53,920 bases of DNA, from assembly GCA_020536535.1 (NCBI GenBank), contig JAHLWZ010000898.1, forward strand, positions 1 through 53,920. The letters are read 5' to 3'. The translations under genes and the position numbers were made by a program. The notes beneath the pieces are model-generated. The model was not told the DNA's origin, ran no database searches, and saw only the letters and a program-made list of their open reading frames with translations. This DNA is from Pelomyxa schiedti. Taxonomy: Eukaryota; Protista; Evosea. Of this stretch, positions 37,138 through 47,543 are shown one piece after another (position 1 is the stretch's first letter; every line of letters begins with the position of its first letter).

Positions 37138-37395
37138 TAGGCATGCTCCCAGACATCAATCACATGTCACGATGGGGCGGCCAGCTCCTACAACTATGGG
37201 GGTTAAGAAGAATGCACGCACATTATAACAGTAGTACGGGAGTTGGTATACCTTAAGAGGGTTATCGGCATCATGATAGTATGTGACAATTTCCAGCTTG
37301 CCCATTGAGCACCAACCAGCACTTCCAAAGTGTCCGAGTGCAGTCTCAGAGAACTTTATCTTGAACTCGGCGAAGGAGCCAAAGTCTCGGGCTTG
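37138..37395 (-). pseudogene. Fe/Mn superoxide dismutase C-terminal fragment, disrupted
   Basis: RDFGSFAEFKIKFSETALGHFGS...GKLEIV..HDADNPLK|GAGRPIVTCD / DVWEHA. A 4-bp TGAT duplication shifts the frame, TAA replaces the Tyr after WEHA, and the GSGWxWL motif is damaged. No N-terminal half is visible. Confidence 0.82.
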
Positions 37396-37599
37396 TAGTG
37401 AGTCAGGTCATTCAACTTTGTGGCATAGCCCAAACTAAGAAAGTGAGACTACAGTGGAGACACAGTGACAGGCATTGTTGCGAGAGGAAATGATTGTTGT
37501 AGAGAAGATTCTCGCTGTCGCTTTGTTGGTTTGTTTTTTATTTTATTTTTATTTTATGTTGGGAATGTAATTAATTAAAGAACATCTTTAATACCCTAA

Positions 37600-38372
37600 T
37601 TCACACATTTGTCTTTGAGGAGCTTTTTTCTGGTGGAAATGAAAAGACAAGAGGTGGCACAAAACCTCACAGTCAAGAACACATGGCCACTGTCTCCTCG
37701 CCTACTACATAGCATGTTTGAAGAAACAATTGCCTGCCAAGATGGCTTCCACGATTTCGGGTGTGAGTGTGTTTGCCGCGTTATCTGAGATTGATGGCCT
37801 GTGTTGATATTAGGCTTCTTTCTTCTGTGTTGTTGTTCTGATGAGTTCAATCAAAAACACAACGGTTTCGGTTGGTATCGTCAGCGGGAGTGCGACACAC
37901 AACAACAAAACAACTGCAACAGGTGACCATAAAAGAAGAATGGGAGCAAGAGAGAAATTACCATGGAATTCCAACAGAATGGAAATGCCTCACAAGCACA
38001 GCCCCAGCCCCGAGATATTTCTCCACTCGTGTGCCTCAACTCCGTCACCGCAATGCCCACATGTTGGAATGGAGTCCCGGCAAAATTAGGCCGATTCCCC
38101 ATCACAAGCAATCTGCAATCACGCTACATGATGACCACAACGATGAGTGCCCACCACCACCAACCAAATCCCCAGTTCCCAAAGTCACCGCAAATCTCCC
38201 TCCACGCGCAACAGAGTGTGATGTGCAACAACCACAACCAGCCAATGGTGTAATCACACATGCGACCACCGCGAACGATCTCACTACGATGCACGTCACT
38301 TGACTGGGGGTGCGTCACAACAGCGACAACTGCACGTTGTGCAGATCTCGGCAAATCACATCTAGATCCATT
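37600..38372 (-). pseudogene. Degenerate member of a lineage-specific hypothetical protein family
   Basis: Coding-like composition broken by stops and frameshifts (AVVAVVTHPQSS...LWLLHITLCCAWREI). The family assignment is an impression only. Confidence 0.3.
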
Positions 38373-38939
38373 GCCCCTGGTTTCCCTTTAAAATAAAAAA
38401 AAAGGCAGCGTAACCACTTAAACATAAATCACAAAAAAAAAAACAACCAAAGTTGCAGGTGACAACTATGACCAGAGATCTACCACGAAACCGCAATACT
38501 AAAGCCCAACCAACCTTAACAGCGTGTGTTTGTTCTTCCCTGTTTGCTTTTTTCTTTCCCCCCTATCGCCACACCCACCTCCTTAAGAATTTGCCCTTTC
38601 GTGTAAAATGCTTTTCTCCTAAATACAAAAAAATCGCCTCGATGTTGTGTTGTGTGGCTGCTGGCCTTGGGGGAAAGACGTGTGGGGTGTATTTTGTACA
38701 AAGGGGGTAGGTACCTCACACGGGCAGTTGCCCCAGCGACCGCCATTACGGTACGCCGTAACCCCTGCGCGCGCGCATGTGCAGGTGGCCCAACTGCCGC
38801 ACGAGAAACAACCCTGCAATGCAGTGGGTGTAGTCAATTCGTTGACCGAGCAGTTACGCGCAGCCGGGATCGACCCCGCAAGACGACGTCCAGGGAGCCG
38901 CCACCCGCCCAGGCAGAGAGAACGGCCTAGCAGCAGCTA

Positions 38940-40045
38940 CCGAATTGTGGGATTATAGACCGAGTGGGCGAGTACGTCAGCGCCGCCCGCGGGCGAGATT
39001 GATACCGCTGAGGCTTGCTCTTCGATGCTCGTTGTTGCCCGCGGCACTGCGAATTCTGAGCGGTGTCATCCCCCACAAGAAGCCCTACAACCAGTGGCCG
39101 TTGGAATTACCCCGTGCGGCGCTCCAACCTGGGCGAAGTGCTCCTCCAATCTCCCGTCTACTGCAGCACCACCCATCACCTCATTCATGATCACTGGGTC
39201 TCACTTCAACAAACATCATTCCCAAGGGTTTACGGCAACAACTGTGACTACTCTAGTCAAGTTGTTGTCCCTTTGCTCAACGTCATTCCCCATTTGTAGT
39301 CTCCACGTTACCTCATTTTTTGCCACTACAACCCCAAGTTGGGTTCATCAGGAGGGCCAAATTGTTTCCAAACGAGAGGCAAGTACTGCTCACTAAGTCC
39401 AACACCGTGCCGACGAAACAGAACGACATGGGGTCATTTATAACAACAGAACAGCGTACCTCAAAGAGTGGGTGGTTTGGGAGCAAGCATTTGGGGAGCA
39501 GAGCAGTTTGGGAGCATCTGGGTGGTGCAGGCATCATTTTTGGGGATAGTGGGGTGAGAAATTGACTCCTGAGGTTCATTCTCAATGGGAAGAAGCAAGG
39601 GAGGAGATGTTGGCCTTATGTGCACTGTTTGGGAACCAACTTAACCCAACTATACACTATTGGTGTGAGCATTCTTGGTGGGATGCTGTGCTGTATGGTC
39701 CTCCTAGTATTTTGAAACAAGAGGTGGGGCTATATGAAAGTGCAGAACAGCTGAATGAGTCCCAGATGTGTGGCATTTATGAAACGGAAACAGACCCGGC
39801 CGCTGAGGGCCGTTGTAAGTATTCCATGTTACGATGTGTGGGACATCAATGACACGAAGCCACTGAGAACAGTGTGTTTTTCTGGATCAACGTTTTCGTT
39901 TCTGGAGGGTGGCCTTCTGTTCCAGCTCGGTCACTGCAACAACGACATTCACGTGCGTGAAGAGTCCTCTGGGGCTTATATCATGACCCTCAAACTGTTT
40001 GGTTGCATGTGCATGCTAGCTCAGCATTTCTCTGTCGAATCCTAA
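38940..40045 (+). pseudogene. Frameshifted hypothetical gene (lineage-expanded family)
   Basis: Overlapping short ORFs in shifting frames without evident introns, ending YDVWDINDTKPLRTVCF...FLEGGLLFQL...IHVREESSGAYIMTLKLF...S*. Confidence 0.4.
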
Positions 40046-40179
40046 AGCCTCAAAGGGCCCACTTCGTTTGCCATACTCATGATCAAGTTGAAAAAGAAAT
40101 ACTTACTTTTGGTCCAAACGTCGACCCGAAAAGTTGAAGTCAAGTCAATTAGGCTAAACAAAATAAAACCCCCTCAACG

Positions 40180-41300
40180 ATGGCCAGCTACGAGACAGGC
40201 ATGACGGACATCAGGCGGTCGCAGCCGAGCTGCTCCGCCACCCACGACCGGCTGACCGTCCCCGCCGCGGACGACTCGCTGCCCCTGCCGTTTGTGTTGC
40301 ACCTGCCGCGGGGTAGCGCGAGCGCGACTACGGGCACGAGGGCAAGGAGCGAGGAGGGGAGCGCACCTTTGCTGGTCTTTTTACATGTACTGCCCCGACC
40401 AGATGGGGAGTGGCTGGGTGGGTGGGCTTTGGAAGGCCCGCAACTAACCAGTGAATGTTTTTTTTTTTTTTTTAAAAGGGAGGCGGGGAGGCTGGGACTG
40501 ACTTGTACAATATACTTCCGAGTAAGTTGTTTCGCTCGTGGGGATATGTATCTCTTGGATAAGAGTAACCAAAAAAAAAAAAATAGATCACTCTGGAGGG
40601 ATGGGGACTCCAACCAGAATGGCGGAAAATGGGGATCCTTTGGTAGCAGGAGTGTTTATTTTGACCCCTCAGTGCCCTCATAGCTGGGGGGAACATGGAA
40701 GCAAAGTTATCACTCTTATTGACTGGGTGGTATTTAATCGCTGCATTGTTAAAGTATTTCTAACTCTAGTTAGATTGCTCACTATCCCGTATCACCAAAA
40801 AGGGTGTATTTGACGGGCATATCACTTGGGGGATATGGTACTTGGAAAATTGGTTTGTCATAGTTGCCTCGTTCAATACATAGAATCCAAACCAAACATT
40901 CAGGATCAGAGTTCCACACCAGATTCGCTGCAATTGCACCAATGTGTGGTGGTGGTAAACCCGAAGTGGCAAACAACTTGAAACGTACCCCGGTGTGATT
41001 TAGCCACATCATGCATCAATTTCTTATGAAACCCTAGGTGTACTGTGCGCATGGTGTCAACGACGAAGTCATCGCCATTTCCGGCTCTGACACGGTTTAT
41101 CTTTTCTTCAATTTCCCAGTTCTCACAATGCAATTCAGATAATACGGAAACTGAAAGAATTGGGCAACACTGATATAATCTACAACAGAATTGAGGATGC
41201 ACCTTGCCCACATCTTACTATGTTTGAGGGTCATGACCCTTGGACACAGACATATTCAAACCCTGCTTTTTGGAGTTGGCTTCTAGAAAAGTCTTTGTAA
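40180..41300 (+). CDS. Alpha/beta-hydrolase, COG4099-type predicted peptidase/esterase
   Basis: Spliced PLLVFLH|GGGEAGTDL, FILTPQCP, RVYLTGISLGGYGTW (nucleophile Ser), RFAAIAPMCGGG, AHGVNDEVI (Asp), GHDPWTQTYSNPAFWSWLL (His). Confidence 0.9.
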
Positions 41301-41354
41301 GGATAAATGCTGTTGTATGATAGTTTGAAAAAAGAAATGCTCTTTTCTTTAAAC

Positions 41355-42989
41355 CTAGAACTTCTTGACGAGCCAGTCCATGTCCCCTTCAAACTCGGCA
41401 GCTGCTTTTCCTGAGCAGGAAAGTGTGGCTTTGCTGTTGTGGTTGCATGGCGAAGATACAGTGAGGGTCAGATTGGCTGCAAGGTCCTCCCACACATATT
41501 TTTGCATTCTGCCTCCCTTTGGGCCATATCTGAATGGAAAAGCATTAAGGAATAGAGATCGTTTATCATAGAGGCATACAGCATGACTCCTTGAGATTTC
41601 CGGAGTTCAGCATGTATAGACACAGAAGAGTCCCCAACATCAAAAGTGGCGGATCTGGATAGAGTGAATATCAAACGGTATTGAACGTAGGGGTGGTACG
41701 ATAATGACAAATCATGTATATGCAGGAAACTTCGCAAGTGGTGTGTTGCAAAGTGATGGGAATTTCCGCATTCATCTACAAAGGAGGAAAGGAAGCCCGG
41801 TAATGAATAGCCAAAAATGGGAACTCTTGCTGCCGAGAGCATAAACTGTTATTTTAATTTGTTTGTTCATTTTTCATGTATTTTGAAAGCATACCGAAAC
41901 TCCAGTATTGTCTTTAAAGTTGTTACACTGCATCCAAATCCATGACTTGATTGTATCAACAACGTACAATTGCAATGTTCTTAACATACAGTTGGGAACT
42001 GAGTACCCCAGTCTTTCTCAATATAACCTCGTGCCCCCGAATAATCAATATCGGTTGGTCCGCTGCTTGGACTGTCAAAAGTGAGAGTCCCGGAAACATC
42101 ATGGTCCATGCTCATTATGCCATGAAAGCATTCCAAAAAGGGCAAGTACCTGGGTAATGTCAAACATCATCCTACACGATAAGGATACCCAAGTAGTCCC
42201 ATGGCTCCAGGCTCAAAATGAGTAACGTGCCATGGGGATAACTTCCCAAGATTAAGGGTCCCTTTGATATCCAAACTAGCATCATCTGTAGCCTGTGGAG
42301 TGGTGGATTGTGTTCGTGTGCAACTGAATTTTAGGGAATATTAGGCGCACAAGCTGGAAGGAGGAGTTTTACCTTGGGTGAAAGATCTAGTGTAATGTGG
42401 CTGTGTGTGAAAGAACTGGATCCTACTTTCACCCCCCAACCAAGCTCATCCTCTGTAAACTCGAACGAGGACTGGTCAAACCTGTGGAGTGTGGAAGGGA
42501 GAAAAAAAAAGAGAAGTGATGGACACTTTTACCTATAGTAATGGCTCGAACCATTGAAAATTGTGAAAATAAAGGCATGGGAAAGTTCCTCATTAGGTCC
42601 ACCAAAAAAAACGCCTGGTACAATAACAAAACTCTGACTGGCATCACCACCCTCCTTGGCAAATTTATAATACCTTGTGTTGTGTCAATATGAGTATAAG
42701 TACAAGAACCTCCCTCAACTCCCATAAGGCCAAAACGTCGGCGTTCATACCAACCCTCAAAAAACAACCGCGAGCCGACGCCGACGCCCTCGCCCACGCC
42801 CTCGCCTACTACACAGCCGCCGGCGCCTTCGCAATCACCGCAACTTTGGGGGCCGTGGTACCACTCTGGGTGATGGGACATGTGCCACCACCTTGGGGCC
42901 ATGCCCACGTCGGCCCCCAACAGGGCTGCTACTACCGCCACAACTGCTGTTGCCGTCGCCACAGCACAAAACGCTCCACACACGCACAT
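41355..42989 (-). CDS. Tocopherol cyclase family protein (bacterial-type) with signal peptide
   Basis: PEWYHG, FFEGWY|YK, PGAMG, YLPFLECFHGIMSMDHDVSG, GARGYIEKDWGTQFP, WIWMQCNNF, SAARVP. Hydrophobic N-terminus. Confidence 0.9.
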
Positions 42990-43073
42990 GGGACAATAAA
43001 AAAATTCCGGAAATGAATGAATTGGTTTGAACCACACGAACCCCCCCCCCGTACTTCTGCAGAAAAAAGTAAG

Positions 43074-43522
43074 ATGGCAGCGGCGCATCTTGGAAACACC
43101 ACCGCGACGATGGTTGTTAACCACAAGTTTGCAAACGGCACAACGTTGTACACAGGGCGTCTCGTCAACAACAGACGTGACGGCAGGGGCACCTGCAAGT
43201 GGTCAAACGGCGACACCTTCGACGGGGAGTGGAAAGACGACACGATGCACGGCCGAGGCTTGTTCACGTGGCTCAACAACGGGGACACGCACGATGGGGA
43301 GTACAACAACGGCAGGAGGGACGGGTGGGGTGTATACCATCAGGCCGGTGGGTCGTGGTACGAGGGGCTGTACAGGGACGACACGCGGAAGAGGGGATCG
43401 TGGCACGACAAGGCCGACGTCTATGAAGGCGAGTGGGCGTGGAATCAAACAGCAAGGGCGAATGAGATGCAAGGGTGGGGTGTGCAAAGGAGGAGGCAGG
43501 TGGAACATGTAGCCACAGCAGC

Positions 43523-43608
<86 letters not shown>

Positions 43609-45804
43609 CGGTGTATGAGGGTGAGTGGGACAGGTTCAAGTGGCACGGGAGTGGCACGTGGAGGTCGCCTGATGGATCGGGTGACATCTACCATGGCATG
43701 TTTGATCATGGAAAGAGGAGCGGGACTGGGAGGATGCTGCTGGGTGACAACAGCAGCCATGGTGGGGGAGGGAGCTACGTCGGGGAGTGGAAGGACGACA
43801 CGTTCCACGGCCGGGGTGTGAGGCTGTGGGAAAACGGTGACAGGTACGATGGCCAGTGGGTGTGCGGAAAGGAGAACGGCGAAGGGACAAAGGTGTGGTC
43901 GAGGGATGGCTCGTCATTCACAGGGTTGTGGGAGATGGGAGCGCCAAAGAAGGGAACGAGGAGGTGGCCAAATGGTGACTACTTTGAAGGAACCTTCGCA
44001 ACGCAACCTCAACAACAAGCAGGTGGATGCTGGGAGTGCCATGGTGAGGGAGTATTGGTGTGTCCATCGACAGGTCTGCAAAGTAGATTTCAAGGAATCC
44101 TCAACAACAACATCTTTCAGCAGCAACCAGGTGTAGATAGGAGTGAATGTATCTATCTCATACAGCACACAATGGGGTCGCTGCCTCAGCTCATTAACCA
44201 ACAACAAATTCAGGTGTGTCAAAAAACTCTCTTTGTTTGAGATAACCTTTGGGGAATTGGCACTGTTCACAGGCCCTCGTAAATGAACACATAAAAGAAA
44301 AAAGTGAGCTGGAGGCAAGATTAAAAGAGGAAATGGCCAGGTCAAAGATGGAGTGGGAGGTGTGCCTTCGTTTTTTCTTCATTCGTAACTTATGAAACTA
44401 AATGGGTTTTTTTTTCGTTTACAAAACAAAAAAGCAAGTTGTAAAAAGAAATAAACAACAGCACGTTGATGAGATCAACCAGTTGCACCAAAAGATACAA
44501 CAACAACAGGAGCAACTGGAAGGCCGAGGTGACTCACTTATGATCCAAACCAAGGTTCCGGTGAAGAGTAATGATGATGAAAGCTGGAAAACTGGGGAAG
44601 AAAAAGCAGTGCTTGAACTGAACAAAGCCATCAAACTCACCACACAGTTCCAAGCACTGCTCAAAAATTCAGCTCCTGAGTTTATCTTGCTTCGAGAGTC
44701 ACTGGCCAAAATCACCAAGCACCTTCAAGAAGCCACGCAATGCAACAAGGCACTCAGATCACATCTGAGAGACCTCAATGCACTGAAGGACCTGCTCGAA
44801 AAACAACTCACTGAAACCTGTGAAACAGGCAAGAGGGTCCTTGGGCAGACACTGACAGTTCAGAACAGCGAGGCAGAGATTCAACAGTGCTCAAGGAACA
44901 TCTCTGAGTTGACAAAAAAGGTTTGGGCAAGCAATCATACAGCAGCAGAAGGAGGGAAGACAACAACAGAAAGAGAGAACGTTGTCATTCCCCCAACAAC
45001 AAAAGGTAAGCAAATGAATAATGAGCCTTAGTAACTTTGTCCCAAAAGGAAGCGAACTCTTGATGGTGACACTGAGTGAGCCAAAGGGTTTGGATAAAAT
45101 TGCTGAAGATTTCCACTTGGACGCAGGGAGCTCTCCACAAGCACCTTTCCAGTGGTTGAGTTCACTCTCAGACACACTTGGTGAGCTTCAACAGTGCCGG
45201 TTTGAAGAGTGCACAAAGCTTGCAGACCAGAAAACGATGCTGTTAAAGGAACTCTCCGAGCAGGTCACACTGGGGCCGAACCTCCGCAAGCAAATCGAGG
45301 AGATCAAGGGAGTCTGCACCAGAATGACACAGGAACACAAAACCAAGTGGATGTTGATGCGAGGGCTGGAAGGTGACGAGCAGTTCATTGCGTTGCCTTG
45401 TGTGTGGTCAATGCTCTCTGAGCTGCTCCCTCAGGCTCAACAGGCTGTTGTTGACCTCATGGTATCCAAAGCTGCCTCCATTGCTGCCCTTGTTTCTCCC
45501 GCTTCAATGGCAGCAGTTACCACAAGCACACTTCCTGGGTGCACCTCCACCACCTCGTCTTCTTCGGCAGGTGTGACTGCACCGGTACCCACCACTGCCA
45601 TCTTGAACAAGCTGTGCATTGAGTGTGATGAGAATCCACCCAATGTTCAATTCCAGCCCTGTGGTCACGTTGTCCTGTGCTCTCAGGTATTTTATGCTTC
45701 TTGAATGTAAATCCACACACAAAAAAACACAGTGTGCTGCTGTTGTTGGAATGAGGAAGTGCCTTGTCTGCCGCACCCCAATTCATCAAAAGAACCTTCT
45801 TTGA
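43074..45804 (+). CDS. MORN-repeat + coiled-coil + C-terminal RING (C3HC4, IAP-like) protein
   Basis: Repeated YxGEWxxxxxHGxG motifs, a poly-Thr insert and a coiled-coil middle. RING: CIECDENPPNVQFQPCGHVVLCSQ|CAAVVGMRKCLVCRTPI. Confidence 0.88.
43524..43610 (+). repeat. (ACA)28 + ACG coding microsatellite, 29 Thr
   Basis: Uninterrupted ACA run, in frame between MORN repeats. Confidence 0.95.
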
Positions 45805-46113
45805 ATCAAGTGCCAACCAAGAACCACACACACAGCCACATCACTCGCTGGAGCATTGTTTCCATGGAATTCTGGTACCTGTCGTAGGAACCCCCTCAAA
45901 GATTGAACCATTGCATACTGATGTGCCCCACACCAAAAAACAAAAAGGCATTGATGTTGCAGAAAGCCATAATCTCTGCAGTGCCCATTGCTTGTCTTCC
46001 AGGCAATTTAGTAATCGTGGGGAGGAAAAAAGAAACTTTTTTTTTCCCTCAAATTAGTGGTCATAGAGCGGAAAGTCCAATTACATATGTTCACCAAGAA
46101 CTCTCGTATGGCT

Positions 46114-47361
46114 TTAGAGAAGGCTCTTGCGTTCGTGACTGGAATTGACTTTGAATTGGTGCACCTTGTCCCAACATATGGCGCAGAAGTACGCATCACA
46201 TTTGTTGCATTGAGCAACAGCCTCCATGTCACATTCCACGCACTGAGTAAAGTGGTTCATTAATACAAAACAAGTTAATGGAAGATAGGGATTATTGAAA
46301 CCTGTTTGCGGGCTGCTGGGCCAGCGGAGCGGGGGGGAGCGTAGTCTCCCTTTACTTGAAGCAATCCGGGTTTCATTCCAGCCAGAAGCAGCTCAAAGGC
46401 TGTTTTGATGTTTGTATCGTTTCTCGAACTCACCTCTCTATCCAATCATTAGAAACGGTGGGAACAAGAAGCAAATTATGTACATGTACTCCATCCTGTT
46501 GGCGGTTGCAAACTCCTTCGCAGTAGCAAAATCAACGGCACGGTTGCCTAGGTCAATCTTGTTTTGTTGTTGGAGCACTGTCACACATGGGAATCGAGAG
46601 TACCTTGGTTCCTACAAGAATGAGGGCAGCATGATCTGAATGGGCCTGGCACTCAGACAACCAGCTGCTGCGAATATGATTAAAAGACTCCATGTCGTTA
46701 ATGTCACTAGAGGTGATCAATAACATAAAAGGGCTTTTGAAACATCAGACTTACAATAGCAGCATTATCCCATGTGCACCTCTGTAATCTATAAAATAAG
46801 TACAGGTGCCTTTAGTAAAAGAAATTCTTACATGCTGTGGTTATTGTCCTAAATCTGGAAGGGGTAAATAAAGAGGACTAAGATGGGGTGAAAGGGAAAA
46901 CCTTTCTTGGCCAGAACAATCCCACTGTGCAGTTGTTAGAAAGCGGGATTGTAGAACAGGAGACACATACAATCTGGAATTTGACAGCATTGGACTCGAT
47001 GTCAATGGCCTTTGTTTGCTGTATTCAAACATAAGCCAAAGTGGTGAAACTACGTTAATCTACATACAAAATCGACACCTTTTTTCGAGTTTAGTACTAG
47101 GAAAAAATTGGGAATTTCATCGTACCAATGGTAGGTATGTACGCCTCGACGAAAGTGTCTTGCTAACATTGTTTATTGGGATTGTGTTGTTTCAAAAACA
47201 AAAGACAAGAGGCCATACTGTGTAACGTTGCATTAGTGAGGATTTGCCTGAGCCCCCATCCCCAACCAGAAGAATCTTAAATAGCATCCTACGTGTTGTT
47301 AGGAAACTGAAAAAAAAAACAAACTACCCTAGAAATACCTCTCTTGCTCGTTGGCTGCCAT
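46114..47361 (-). CDS. Rab-family small GTPase fused to a C-terminal B-box zinc finger
   Basis: About 11 exons: MAANEQER|MLFKILLVGDGGSGKSSLMQRYT|QDTFVEAYIPTI|GVDF|QTKAIDIESNAVKFQI|WDCSGQER|FRTITTA|YYRGAHGIMLL|FD...LILVGTK|IDL...EVSSR...|CVECDMEAVAQCNKCDAYFCAICWDKVHQFKVNSSHERKSLL*. The ORF track misses this gene. Confidence 0.9.
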
Positions 47362-47543
47362 GGTTGTGTTTCGGGTTTTTTTTATTTTATTTGCCGCTTG
47401 TGTGGCTGGGTACTCTTTCTTGGTTTTTCTTGGTACGTGAGGGAAAAATTGGGAACCCCACTTGCCTAAACGATTCGAATCGACGACTTCCAGGAAGCCC
47501 ATCAAATCATGTGGAGGGAAAAAAAAAAGGTGTTCACAACAAT

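Noticed and set aside
43203-43808. Poly-Cys, poly-Leu and poly-Val ORFs
   Set aside because: Antisense readings of the ACA microsatellite.
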